Shown here piece by piece: positions 27,342-37,928 of a stretch of DNA of 64,000 bases. The translations under genes were made by a program, and so were the position numbers. Source of the stretch: Synergistales bacterium (lineage in GTDB: Bacteria; Synergistota; Synergistia; Synergistales; JAFGMB01); contig OY762654.1 in NCBI GenBank assembly GCA_963666205.1, positions 2,304,001-2,368,000 on the forward strand, read 5' to 3'. Position 1 is the first letter of the stretch. Every line of letters starts with the position of its first letter. The notes beneath the pieces are model-generated. The model saw only the letters and a list, made by a program, of their open reading frames with translations, had not been told where the DNA came from and ran no database searches.

Positions 27342-29135
27342 CTATTCTTTCGATATGGCATCGAAGGGACACTTCTCATAACATGTGCCGCACTTGATGC
27401 ACGCATCCTGATCGATGAAATATGGAGTCTGTCTGTCCCCTGTTATACATTTGACAGGACAGTTCCTTGCGCAGAGGCCGCATTTCTTGCACGCTTCAGG
27501 GTCTATTACAAAACGTACGAGTTTTGTGCAGGCACCGGCAGGACAGCGTTTTTCATTAATATGGGCTTCGTACTCGTCCCTGAAGTACCGGAGAGTTGTA
27601 AGAACAGGGTTCGGAGCAGTCTGACCAAGTCCACAGAGGGACATGTCCTTGACCATCTGCGCCAGGTTTTCAAGGGTAACAAGGTCCTCAAGGGTTCCTT
27701 CTCCCCTGGTTATTTTATCCAGGAGAAGCAGCATCTGTTTTGTACCTTCCCTGCAGGGTGTACACTTTCCGCAGGACTCGGCCTGGGTGAATTCCAGGAA
27801 GAACTTTGCTACATCGACCATGCAGTTGTCCTCGTCCATTACGACCAGGCCACCTGAACCCATTATTGCCCCTACCTCTGCAAGGGACTCATAGCTTATG
27901 GGTATATCTAGATGTTCCTCGGTAAGGCATCCTCCGGAAGGTCCGCCGATCTGGACAGCCTTGAATTTCTTGTCGTTCAGGATCCCTCCGCCTATCTCCA
28001 TCACTACCTCGCGAAGGGTTATCCCCATGGGTACTTCAACAAGTCCTGTATGTTTTACCTTCCCCGTCAGTGCAAAGACCTTGGTCCCCTTGGATTTTTC
28101 CGTGCCCATGGAGGCATACCACTCCCCTCCATTACGAAGAACGGGGGGAACGTCGGCCCAGGTCTCCACGTTGTTGATGTTTGTGGGTTTGCCCCATAGT
28201 CCGCTAACTGCGGGGAAGGGGGGTCTAGGTCTTGGCATACCTCTCTGTCCCTCGATGGACCCCATGAGGGCGGTCTCTTCACCGCATACGAAGGCACCTG
28301 CTCCCTCCTTGACATGGAGATCGAAGGAGAAGTCCGTTCCAAGGATGTTCTGTCCCAGAAGGCCGTATTCCTCGGCCTGTGCGATGGCAGTATTGAGATG
28401 TTTTATGGCAAGGGGATACTCGGCTCGACAGTATATGTAGCCTTCGTTGGCGCCCATGGCGTAGGCTCCGATAAGCATGCCTTCGATGACCGCATGGGGA
28501 TCTCCTTCCAGGATCGACCTGTCCATGAATGCCCCCGGGTCGCCTTCGTCAGCATTGCAGATGACATACTTCTTGTCGCCCTGAGATTTAGCGCAGAAGC
28601 TCCACTTGAGACCGGTGGGGAAGCCGCCGCCTCCACGGCCCCTGAGCCCCGAGGTCTTTACTTCTTCGATGACATCACCGGGTGTCATTTCTTTAAGAAC
28701 CTTTGCCAGGGCCACGTAGCCGTCACGGCTGATATATTCATCTATGCTGTCCGGATTAATGTAACCACAGTTGGCAAGGGCCACACGGTGCTGCTTCCCG
28801 TAGAAGGGGATATCCTTGTAATGGGGAACCTTGGGTTTTTCCTCGGTCCCTGTGTAGAGAAGGCGTTCCACTATCCTTCCCTTGTAAAGATGTTCCTCTG
28901 TTATTTCGGACACATCTTCAGGTGATACCCTGCAGTAAAAGGTACCTTCAGGATACACAACAACGATGGGACCCATCTCGCACATTCCATGACAACCGGT
29001 GGGTACAACAAGGATCTCATCGGAGAGACCCTTCTTTTCGATCTCCGATTTGAATTTTTCTATGACTTCATGGGAACCGCTGGAAGCACAGCCGGTTCCG
29101 GTACATACAAGAACATGAGATCTGTAGATCGGCAT
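27342..29135 (-). CDS. hndC: NuoF/HydB/HndC-like FMN and NADH-binding subunit, hydrogenase copy
   Basis: GLRGRGGGGFPTG, DEGDPGAFMDR, GAFVCGEET, GGPSGG, ESCGKC..CREG, C-terminal 2x[4Fe-4S]. Confidence 0.93.
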   Translation of the reverse strand: MPIYRSHVLVCTGTGCASSGSHEVIEKFKSEIEKKGLSDEILVVPTGCHGMCEMGPIVVVYPEGTFYCRVSPEDVSEITEEHLYKGRIVERLLYTGTEEKPKVPHYKDIPFYGKQHRVALANCGYINPDSIDEYISRDGYVALAKVLKEMTPGDVIEEVKTSGLRGRGGGGFPTGLKWSFCAKSQGDKKYVICNADEGDPGAFMDRSILEGDPHAVIEGMLIGAYAMGANEGYIYCRAEYPLAIKHLNTAIAQAEEYGLLGQNILGTDFSFDLHVKEGAGAFVCGEETALMGSIEGQRGMPRPRPPFPAVSGLWGKPTNINNVETWADVPPVLRNGGEWYASMGTEKSKGTKVFALTGKVKHTGLVEVPMGITLREVVMEIGGGILNDKKFKAVQIGGPSGGCLTEEHLDIPISYESLAEVGAIMGSGGLVVMDEDNCMVDVAKFFLEFTQAESCGKCTPCREGTKQMLLLLDKITRGEGTLEDLVTLENLAQMVKDMSLCGLGQTAPNPVLTTLRYFRDEYEAHINEKRCPAGACTKLVRFVIDPEACKKCGLCARNCPVKCITGDRQTPYFIDQDACIKCGTCYEKCPFDAISKE

Positions 29136-29149
29136 AATTCCAGACCCCC

Positions 29150-29527
29150 CTAGTCAGCTTTCCCAATGGCAAGATCTTCCACGATCCTGCCGTTGACGAC
29201 ATGTTCAGCTATGATCCTGCTGACATCCTCTTTCCTGACATTCCCGTAGGTTATTCTTTCCTTACCGGGGATTATGACATCAAGAAGGGGTTCCTGCTGG
29301 CACATTCCGATGCAGCCTGTGGTCTGGACAGACACGTCATGGATGCTTCTTCTTTCAAGTTCCCTGAGAACTTCGTCCATTATCTCCCTGGCTCCTGCTG
29401 CTATGCCGCATGTACCCATTCCAATAACAACGGTCTTGTTGCCGGTACTTCTTGTCGAGGTCAGATCACCGCAGGATTCCTTGATCTTACGGAGATCGTC
29501 AAGACTCTTGATCTTAGCCATTGCCAT
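29150..29527 (-). CDS. hndB: Thioredoxin-like ferredoxin subunit (HndB/HydD-like)
   Basis: GMGTCGIAAGA and TGCIGMC..EP motifs. Confidence 0.88.
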   Translation of the reverse strand: MAMAKIKSLDDLRKIKESCGDLTSTRSTGNKTVVIGMGTCGIAAGAREIMDEVLRELERRSIHDVSVQTTGCIGMCQQEPLLDVIIPGKERITYGNVRKEDVSRIIAEHVVNGRIVEDLAIGKAD

Positions 29528-29532
29528 CCTCC

Positions 29533-30003
29533 TTACTCGAACTTGTCAAGTATTCCCTGAACTTTGTCAGGGGTAAGCCTTCCGAAGGTCTGGTCATCTA
29601 CCACCATTACAGGAGCGAGGCCGCAGGCTCCCAGACAGGCCACTGGCTCGATGGTGAAACGAAGATCATCGGTAGTTTCGTTTTCCTGGATACCTGTTAT
29701 GCCTTTGACCCTTTCCAGGATTTTAAGGCTCCCCCTTACGTGGCAGGCAGTTCCTCTGCAGACCCTGATCACGTGTCTTCCACGTGGAGACAGGTGGAAC
29801 TGTGCGTAAAAGGTGGCAACGCCGTAGATCTCGGCAGTCGGGATCTTGAGTTCCCTGGAAACGGTACGCATTGCCTCTTCCGGCAGATAACCGAAATAAC
29901 CCTGGATCTCCTGAAGAATGGGGATAAGCCCGCCCTTCTTCTCCTTCCAGGGCGATACGATCTCTTCCGTCTTCTGCACAAATTCTTCTTTCGTGTACGC
30001 CAT
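29533..30003 (-). CDS. hndA: NuoE/HydC/HndA-like [2Fe-2S] subunit
   Basis: GVATFY, VCRGTAC, CLGAC. Confidence 0.93.
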   Translation of the reverse strand: MAYTKEEFVQKTEEIVSPWKEKKGGLIPILQEIQGYFGYLPEEAMRTVSRELKIPTAEIYGVATFYAQFHLSPRGRHVIRVCRGTACHVRGSLKILERVKGITGIQENETTDDLRFTIEPVACLGACGLAPVMVVDDQTFGRLTPDKVQGILDKFE

Positions 30004-30200
30004 GTTTTCCTCCTTAATCGCATTGGTATATAGAATAATGTGATGATTTTCACTTTCTTGAAAATAAGACGACCATTTACATTTAACAGAGAACTGGAAA
30101 AATCTACCGATAAATGCTATCTCGTTTACTCACTAAAACGATAACAACGTTTTTTGAAGGATATTATAGTAAAACGATGAAGGTCACTGAAAAAGATTCT

Positions 30201-30277
30201 ATTCACAATAACGTTCTGGCAATGTTAACATGATGTAATTGCCTGTACAAGGATGGATATATTATACAAAAATACAA
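30201..30277 (-). promoter_or_regulatory. Promoter of the hydrogenase operon with flanking operator-like motifs
   Basis: Minus strand TTGTAC-17 bp-TAACAT with extended TG; same architecture as 38609-38685. Confidence 0.65.
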
Positions 30278-30532
30278 CCTGAAAAGCAGGATGAATATTT
30301 CATGTGTATGCAACTGCTGAATAAAAATATCACTTCAGCAAGACCATATGGCAGTAAGGCCTCGTTATGCCAGGGGAGCAACGTGCTCTAGCAATGTCTT
30401 TGATGTCTGGAGTTGTCATTTTATTTGTGACTTGATCCTGTTCAATATTGGCCATTGAAAGATCTTTAATATATTATTATGGCTCAGATAAGTGCTCTCA
30501 CTTCAGGAAATACGATTCGACAGGAGGGGATT

Positions 30533-31339
30533 ATGCTGGAGTCAGCTATTCGTAACGTTGAAATCCTCAGGATCTATTCTTCCGGTTCCAGGGAAAGGAG
30601 GATGGACGAGGTTATGGAGGAGAGACCCTTTATTCTGGAAGTGGATGGTCAGGAAGAGGTATCGGTGATCCTATCCCCGGGAAACGAGAAATATTGGGCA
30701 CTGGGACATCTTGCATGCCGTGGAATGATAACTTCCCTTGATGATGTAGACCGAATTACTGTTATAAAGGATAGGATCTGTGTTTTTCGAAATGTGAAGA
30801 AGACAGGTATTACCCTTACAAATAAAATGATACATACAGCATCTACCAGATTGATCGAGGGAACTTCACTTATAAAAGCTTTTCCATGTCCACTCGATGT
30901 TAAATGGAGCGTTTCCCCTTCGATATTGATAAAGGCAGTTGAAGAATTGGCTGATTCGTCGCTGTTTATTCGAACAGGGGGTGTTCATGTTGTTCTTTTG
31001 GCTTCGATTGAGGGAGAGATTCTTTTTCGAGTAGAAGACATAGGAAGGCATAATGCTGTGGACAAGTCAATAGGATGGGCCCTTGCTCACGGAATAGAAA
31101 TGGGGAAATGTTTTATGGCCGTATCAGGAAGGCTGCCAGCTGATATGGTTTACAAGGCAATCGGTTCGGGTATACCCATGCTTGCGAGTGTTTCTGCAGT
31201 AACGGCTTCAGGAGTTGATGCCGCGGTCAAGGGTGGAATAACCCTGATCGGCTTTGCCAGGAACGGACGGTTCAATGTTTATAGTTTCCCCGAGCGTATA
31301 AAGGTCTCTCAAAAAGTCAAGGGAGCCGGGGGTTTATAA
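30533..31339 (+). CDS. fdhD: Formate dehydrogenase accessory sulfurtransferase
   Basis: F.RTGGVH, EDIGRHNAVDK, SGR..DMV.K, TLIGFAR. Confidence 0.92.
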   Translation: MLESAIRNVEILRIYSSGSRERRMDEVMEERPFILEVDGQEEVSVILSPGNEKYWALGHLACRGMITSLDDVDRITVIKDRICVFRNVKKTGITLTNKMIHTASTRLIEGTSLIKAFPCPLDVKWSVSPSILIKAVEELADSSLFIRTGGVHVVLLASIEGEILFRVEDIGRHNAVDKSIGWALAHGIEMGKCFMAVSGRLPADMVYKAIGSGIPMLASVSAVTASGVDAAVKGGITLIGFARNGRFNVYSFPERIKVSQKVKGAGGL

Positions 31340-31982
31340 GATTTCGAAGCTCCTCGGGTGTGTTAATGCCTCTGAAGGAACGCCTGTATCCAGGTAGTAC
31401 CCTCAGAGCATCCTCGGGAACTATGGTTACACTAACGTCCCCGTAAAAGGACGTTAGTTTTCGTTTTTCCAGGAAGAGGCTGTTTCGAATTGCTGGAATA
31501 CAGGATGTTTTGTAAAAGGCGTGCAGGGGTTCAATGAAACCATTAAGGCGGGCGCATATTATGGAACTGTCTGCCTCCTTTGACCGCCACATGGATCTCA
31601 GTACAGCTTCCTTGACATCCGGCATATCACATCCTATTGCAAAAGCCCATTCAGTCCGGATGTTCTCAAGCCCGGTTGCAAGACCTTCCAGAGGCCCGTT
31701 CCCAGGATGGGCATCCACAACGATCCTCAGATTCCAATGTTTTCTTGCTGGATTCAGAACATTTTCCAGAGTTTCTTTGTCCTTCGACCCAACTGCAATA
31801 ATGATTTCATTGAACCAGCCAGAGAGGCGACAGATCACTCTTTCGATAAGAAGTGTTTCATCGACGGACAGAAAAAGTTTATTTCCGCCAATACGTCTTC
31901 CTTTTCCACCGCCTAGAATAATGGCGGAGGCAGGAATAATCCCGCATCCGCCGAAAGGTTTTTCCTGGACTTCAGAATTCAC
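31317..31982 (-). CDS. mobA: Molybdenum cofactor guanylyltransferase
   Basis: IILGGGKGRRIG..K, GPLEG, CDMP, EPLHA.Y, INTPEE; GTG start right after the focA stop. Confidence 0.9.
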   Translation of the reverse strand: MNSEVQEKPFGGCGIIPASAIILGGGKGRRIGGNKLFLSVDETLLIERVICRLSGWFNEIIIAVGSKDKETLENVLNPARKHWNLRIVVDAHPGNGPLEGLATGLENIRTEWAFAIGCDMPDVKEAVLRSMWRSKEADSSIICARLNGFIEPLHAFYKTSCIPAIRNSLFLEKRKLTSFYGDVSVTIVPEDALRVLPGYRRSFRGINTPEELRNLINPRLP

Positions 31983-31983
31983 G

Positions 31984-32811
31984 TTAATCCAGTTTCTCAA
32001 GTTTTTCTTTGTAGACCAGGAAATAGAATACTGCCACAAAGAGAATGCCGCCCACCATGTTACCGAGGGTAACTGGAACCAGATTATGGATGAAACCTCC
32101 CCACGTTACTGAGGCCAGTTTTTCTGGTGCCAGGTTTGCTGCAGAGACGATGGCTTCGCTGCCACGTACGAACAGTCCCATAGCCATGAAGTACATATTG
32201 GCTATGCTGTGTTCAAAACCTGAGGCTACGAAGAGCATGATGGGGAAGAAACATGCAAATATCTTGCCGATAACGTCTGTGGCAGCCATAGACATCCAGA
32301 CTGCGAGTACGACGATCCAGTTACAGAGGAGACCTCGAAAGAATGCCTGCCCCATAGGCAAAGACATCTTCCCAGCGGCTATCTTTAAGGCATTTACACC
32401 TACCGGTCCGTGCCAGAGTCCGGTATTATAGATCAGTATAGCAATAAGGATGGAGCCAATGAAGTTAGCGATATATACCCAGAACCAGTTGCGAAGGATA
32501 CCCTTCAAGGGGGTACAGCCAGCCAGGCTTCCCAATGGCATCATGCAGTTGCCTGTGAAAAGTTCGGCACCAGCTATAACCACGAGCATGAGTCCGACAG
32601 AGAAAACAGCTCCACCCATGAATTTGGTGAAACCCACTCCCATGTATTTTGCCATATCTTGAGTTACAACAGTGCATAAATAACCTGCAAAAGCTATGTA
32701 AGCTCCAGCAAGGATTCCCAATATTAACATCTGGGATACTGACCATTTGCTTTTTGCCTGGGATGCGGTACATGCGGCTTTTGCCAACTCGATCGGAGTT
32801 TTGAAGCTCAT
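31984..32811 (-). CDS. focA: Formate/nitrite transporter family channel
   Basis: LAGAYI, GAELFTGN, LCNW.V, GFEHSIANM, VTLGN.VGG. Confidence 0.93.
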   Translation of the reverse strand: MSFKTPIELAKAACTASQAKSKWSVSQMLILGILAGAYIAFAGYLCTVVTQDMAKYMGVGFTKFMGGAVFSVGLMLVVIAGAELFTGNCMMPLGSLAGCTPLKGILRNWFWVYIANFIGSILIAILIYNTGLWHGPVGVNALKIAAGKMSLPMGQAFFRGLLCNWIVVLAVWMSMAATDVIGKIFACFFPIMLFVASGFEHSIANMYFMAMGLFVRGSEAIVSAANLAPEKLASVTWGGFIHNLVPVTLGNMVGGILFVAVFYFLVYKEKLEKLD

Positions 32812-32858
32812 AAGTATTATTCCTCCCTAAAAAAATTGTTTTATAAACTCAAAATGAT

Positions 32859-32881
32859 GGGGAAGGGAACTTCCCTTCCCC
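32859..32881. promoter_or_regulatory. Intercistronic hairpin between fdhF and focA
   Basis: ggggaaggga-act-tcccttcccc perfect 10-bp stem. Confidence 0.6.
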
Positions 32882-32907
32882 TTATGATTGGAGCCTAATC
32901 TTTTTCT

Positions 32908-35727
32908 TTATGCTTTTTCAGCATTAACACTGCAGACCTTGGAGTCGTGAGTATCGGAATCCAGGATGATGGTATGTGGGGCAGGTATTTTACCTGAATT
33001 CTCTTCGGTAACTTTTTCTATATTAACAGCACTTATCTTGTAGGCAGGAGTGTCTGAATCCGGATCGGTGACCGCTGCTGTCAGCACATTTGCAGAAGCT
33101 TCACTGAAATGGAAGGGAAGGAATATCATCCCTGGTGCTACACGGTCTGTGATCTTTGCTTTACCTTCCACAGTTCCACGACGGGAGGTTACACGAACGG
33201 TTCTGCCTTCTTCTATGTTTATCTCCAGTGCATCCTCAGGGTTGATCTCCACATAGAGTTCCTTGATGAACTCAGCGGGTGAACTGCGCCTGGACATGCT
33301 TCCGGAATGGTAATGGTAAAGAAGTCTTCCTGTAGTTGCGAGGAATGGATAATCATCATCCGGCCACTCGTGGGGAGCCTGCCATTCACAGGGAGAGAAG
33401 TAGCCTTTACCATTGGGTCTGGCAAATTTAGTCGTGTGAAGAATGGGCGTTCCCGGGTGATCCGGTGTAGGACATGGCCAGGCCAGGGAACCTTCTTCAA
33501 GGCGAGAATAGCTTATCCCCGCGTAACTGGGAGTGCATTCCGCAATGGCTTCAAAAACCTCAGATGAACTGTTGAAGTTCCATGCCGCTCCGAATCTCTG
33601 GGCGAGATCGGTAAGGATTTCCCAGTCTGGACGAGCTTCTCCAGGTGATTCAACAGCTTTGCGAACCCGCTGGACAGCACGTGTGGTATTAGTAAAAGTT
33701 CCGTCCTTTTCTCCCCAGCAGGCAGCAGGAAGGATTACGTCAGCCATCTGTGCTGTTTCGGTAAGGAATATATCCTGTACTACGAGAAGATCCAGATTGC
33801 CCAGGCAATGTCTGACATGATTTGTATCAGGATCGGTGACCATTGGATTTTCGCCCATTATGTAGAGTGCTTTTAATTCTCCCTTACCTGCACCTTCCAT
33901 CATTTTCATGACGGTAAGCCCTGGGTTGGATGGGATATCTGCTCCGTTCCAGAGAGAGTTCATCTTTTCCCGAATATCGGAATCCGTAACTTTCTGGTAA
34001 CCCGTAACAACATTCGGAAGGCAGCCCATATCACAGGCTCCCTGGACGTTATTCTGTCCCCGAAGCGGGTTGACTCCTGTACCAGGACGGCCAAGCATGC
34101 CGCAGAGCAGAGCCAGATTCGCAAGGGTACGGACGTTATTGGTGCCGGTAATATGCTGTGTAATGCCCATTGTGTAGAATATGGCGGAGTTTGGTCCCTG
34201 TGCATAGATCCTTGCGGCCTTTTCTATCATAGCAGAAGGGATGCCGGTAATTTCGCTGGTTCTTTCTGGAGTATATGTGCTCACCATTGATTCGAGTGCT
34301 TCGAAATTCTCTACTCTTTCTTCTACAAATGCTTTATTGTGAAGATTGTCCCTGAGGATGACATGCATGATCCCGTTAATAAGAGCCACATCAGTGCCGC
34401 TTTTCTGGCGGATGTGTATATCTGCACGTTCTGCGAGTTCGATCTTACGTGGGTCACAGACGATCAGCTTTGCTCCGTTTCGTGTTCGCTCCTTGATCCA
34501 TGATCCTATAACGGGGTGCGTTTCTGTAGTGTTCGAGCCAATGACAAAGATAACATCGGCTTCTTTGATAGATTTGAAATCATTTGTCATTGCACCGCTT
34601 CCGAGGGTCTCAACGAGACCCTTGACTGTGGCACTGTGTCACAAATGGGCACAATGGTCAACGTTGTTTGTTCCGATCACCTCTCTGGCCATTCTCTGTA
34701 CCAGGTAGTTTTCTTCGTTTGTGCAGCGGGCAGAGGAGAAGAAACCTATTGAATCAGGGCCAAAATCTTTCCTGATATTATCCATTCGACTTACGATAAA
34801 GTTCAGGGCTTCGTCCCAGGTAGATTCGTGAAAGGCTCCATCTTTCCTGATCAGAGGCTGGGTAAGTCTATCCTCGCTGTGAACGAACTGCCATGCGAAT
34901 CTGCCTTTTACACAGCAACGGCCTTCGTTCAGGGATGTTTTACTCGAATAGTCGGTTTTGACATTGGCTATTCGGCCGGTTTTGTCGTTGACCTGGATAT
35001 TAAGTTCGCAGCCTACACCACAGTAGGAGCAGATGGTTTTGACAGAAGACATTTCCCAGGGGCGGCCTTGTCCCATAGCTGTTTTTTCAGACAGGGCACC
35101 CACAGGGCACATCTGAACACACTGTCCACAGAAAGTGCAGTCTGAGTGTTCCAGGTCGACCCCTACCGGTGTCTGAACCATTGTTTTTATACCCCGGTTC
35201 TGGAAGTCTATGGCATGATACTGGGCCAGACTGTCACAGGTCCGTATGCAGCGGCCGCAAAGGATACACTTGTTAAGATCCCTTACGTAGAAGGGATTGG
35301 CATTTTCCAGGGGATAGTTCCTGCAAGTGTCGCCTTCATCGGCAAAACGGGATTCCTTGATCCCAAGTTCGTAGGCTACATCCTGTAGTTCACACTTCCC
35401 GTTGCTCGGGCAGGAGAAACAGTCCAGGGGATGTCTGATCAAAATAAGTTCAACTACAGCCCTTCGAGCCTCTATTACTCGGTGGGAATGGGTATAAATA
35501 ACCATTCCTGAAGCAGCCGGGGTTGTGCATGAGGGGAGGAGTTTGTTGCTTCCTTCCAGCTCAACGAGACATACTCTGCAGGCTCCGGCTGATTTAAGGG
35601 CCGGGTGGTCGCAGAGTGTGGGGATATGAATGCCGTTAGCCCGGGCAGCCTGCAGGATTGTCATGCCGGGCTCGGCAAAGATCTTCTTGCCATTTATTAT
35701 CATTTCGATACCTTGCATGGTTTCCAT
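32908..35727 (-). CDS. fdhF: Selenocysteine-containing formate dehydrogenase alpha subunit (one gene; the ORF track splits it at the Sec UGA)
   Basis: NNVDHCAHL-TGA(34639-34641)-HSATVKGL...GSGAMTN in frame; LRGQNNVQG; N-terminal Fe-S domains; start may be 35718. Confidence 0.95.
34604..34622 (-). promoter_or_regulatory. SECIS element of fdhF
   Basis: agggtctc-gtt-gagaccct perfect hairpin starting 16 nt after the UGA. Confidence 0.85.
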
Positions 35728-35737
35728 TACCTCCTAT

Positions 35738-37531
35738 TTAGTTTCGGGAAATGGCCGTCACAGGACAGGCCTCTGCGCAGGCGCCGCATTTGATACACTT
35801 TTCCGTATCGATCCTATGTGGTTTCTTTACTTCTCCCGAAATGGCCTGAACTGGACAGACCCGGGCGCATTTAGTGCAACCAATGCATTTTTCCGGGTCT
35901 ATTACATAGCTTGTAAGGGCTACACATGCACCGGCAGGACATCTTTTTTCATAAATGTGGGCTTCGTACTCGTCCCTGAAGTACCTGATAGTAGTGAGTA
36001 TAGGGTTGGGAGCGGTCTGACCAAGTCCGCAAAGAGATGTTTCTTTAATCATTTTTGCCAGATATTCAAGTTTCTCGATGTCACCCGGGACACCTTTCCC
36101 CTCTGTCATGCGGGTAAGGATATCGAGCATTTTTTTTGTTCCTTCCCTGCATGGAACGCATTTACCGCAGGACTCGGCCTGGGTGAACTCCAGGAAAAAC
36201 TTTGATACATCGACCATGCAGTTGTCCTCGTCCATTACGACCAGGCCACCTGAACCCATTATTGCCCCTACCTCTGCAAGGGACTCATAGCTTATGGGTA
36301 TATCTAGATGTTCCTCGGTAAGGCATCCTCCGGAAGGTCCGCCGATCTGGACAGCCTTGAATTTCTTGTCGTTCAGGATCCCCCCGCCTATCTCCATCAC
36401 TACCTCGCGAAGGGTTATCCCCATGGGTACTTCAACAAGTCCTGTATGTTTTACCTTCCCCGTCAGTGCAAAGACCTTGGTCCCCTTGGATTTTTCCGTG
36501 CCCATGGAGGCATACCACTCCCCTCCATTACGAAGAACGGGGGGAACGTCGGCCCAGGTCTCCACGTTGTTGATGTTTGTGGGTTTGCCCCATAGTCCGC
36601 TAACTGCGGGGAAGGGGGGTTTAGGTCTTGGCATACCTCTCTGTCCCTCGATGGACCCCATGAGGGCGGTCTCTTCACCGCATACGAAGGCACCTGCTCC
36701 CTCCTTGACATGGAGATCGAAGGAGAAGTCCGTTCCAAGGATGTTCTGTCCCAGAAGGCCGTATTCCTCGGCCTGTGCGATGGCAGTATTGAGATGTTTT
36801 ATGGCAAGGGGATACTCGGCTCGACAGTATATGTAGCCTTCGTTGGCGCCCATGGCGTAGGCTCCGATAAGCATGCCTTCGATGACCGCATGGGGATCTC
36901 CTTCCAGGATCGACCTGTCCATGAATGCCCCCGGGTCGCCTTCGTCAGCATTACAGATGACATACTTCTTGTCGCCCTGAGATTTAGCGCAGAAGCTCCA
37001 CTTGAGACCGGTGGGGAAGCCGCCGCCTCCACGGCCCCTGAGCCCCGAGGTCTTTACTTCTTCGATGACATCACCGGGTGTCATTTCTTTAAGAACCTTT
37101 GCCAGGGCCACGTAGCCGTCACGGCTGATATATTCATCTATGCTGTCCGGATTAATGTAACCACAGTTGGCAAGGGCCACACGGTGCTGCTTCCCGTAGA
37201 AGGGGATATCCTTGTAATGGGGAACCTTGGGTTTTTCCTCGGTCCCTGTGTAGAGAAGGCGTTCCACTATCCTTCCCTTGTAAAGATGTTCCTCTGTTAT
37301 TTCGGACACATCTTCAGGTGATACCCTGCAGTAAAAGGTACCTTCAGGATACACAACAACGATGGGACCCATCTCGCACATTCCATGACAACCGGTGGGT
37401 ACAACAAGGATCTCATCGGAGAGACCCTTCTTTTCGATCTCCGATTTGAATTTTTCTATGACTTCATGGGAACCGCTGGAAGCACAGCCGGTTCCGGTAC
37501 ATACAAGAACATGAGATCTGTAGATCGGCAT
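35738..37531 (-). CDS. hndC: NuoF/HydB/HndC-like subunit, formate dehydrogenase copy
   Basis: Same motifs as 27342-29135; near-identical except for the C-terminal ~150 aa. Confidence 0.93.
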   Translation of the reverse strand: MPIYRSHVLVCTGTGCASSGSHEVIEKFKSEIEKKGLSDEILVVPTGCHGMCEMGPIVVVYPEGTFYCRVSPEDVSEITEEHLYKGRIVERLLYTGTEEKPKVPHYKDIPFYGKQHRVALANCGYINPDSIDEYISRDGYVALAKVLKEMTPGDVIEEVKTSGLRGRGGGGFPTGLKWSFCAKSQGDKKYVICNADEGDPGAFMDRSILEGDPHAVIEGMLIGAYAMGANEGYIYCRAEYPLAIKHLNTAIAQAEEYGLLGQNILGTDFSFDLHVKEGAGAFVCGEETALMGSIEGQRGMPRPKPPFPAVSGLWGKPTNINNVETWADVPPVLRNGGEWYASMGTEKSKGTKVFALTGKVKHTGLVEVPMGITLREVVMEIGGGILNDKKFKAVQIGGPSGGCLTEEHLDIPISYESLAEVGAIMGSGGLVVMDEDNCMVDVSKFFLEFTQAESCGKCVPCREGTKKMLDILTRMTEGKGVPGDIEKLEYLAKMIKETSLCGLGQTAPNPILTTIRYFRDEYEAHIYEKRCPAGACVALTSYVIDPEKCIGCTKCARVCPVQAISGEVKKPHRIDTEKCIKCGACAEACPVTAISRN

Positions 37532-37545
37532 AATTCCAGACCCCC

Positions 37546-37923
37546 CTAGTCAGCTTTCCCAATGGCAAGATCTTCCACGATCCTGCCGTTGACGACATGT
37601 TCAGCTATGATCCTGCTGACATCCTCTTTCCTGACATTCCCGTAGGTTATTCTTTCCTTACCGGGGATTATGACATCAAGAAGGGGTTCCTGCTGGCACA
37701 TTCCGATGCAGCCTGTGGTCTGGACAGACACGTCATGGATGCTTCTTCTTTCAAGTTCCCTGAGAACTTCGTCCATTATCTCCCTGGCTCCTGCTGCTAT
37801 GCCGCATGTACCCATTCCAATAACAACGGTCTTGTTGCCGGTACTTCTTGTCGAGGTCAGATCACCGCAGGATTCCTTGATCTTACGGAGATCGTCAAGA
37901 CTCTTGATCTTAGCCATTGCCAT
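37546..37923 (-). CDS. hndB: Thioredoxin-like ferredoxin subunit, second copy
   Basis: Protein identical to 29150-29527. Confidence 0.88.
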   Translation of the reverse strand: MAMAKIKSLDDLRKIKESCGDLTSTRSTGNKTVVIGMGTCGIAAGAREIMDEVLRELERRSIHDVSVQTTGCIGMCQQEPLLDVIIPGKERITYGNVRKEDVSRIIAEHVVNGRIVEDLAIGKAD

Positions 37924-37928
37924 CCTCC

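Larger units (their letters stand above)
27810..30013. repeat. ~2.2-kb direct repeat, copy 1 (hndA-hndB-5' hndC)
   Basis: Matches 36206-38409 at an offset of 8396; I could see only 3 substitutions (27987, 28225, 28557). Confidence 0.95.

Noticed and set aside
32908-35727. fdhF as two genes or a nonsense pseudogene
   Set aside because: The single TGA is at the catalytic Sec position, in frame and followed by a SECIS hairpin
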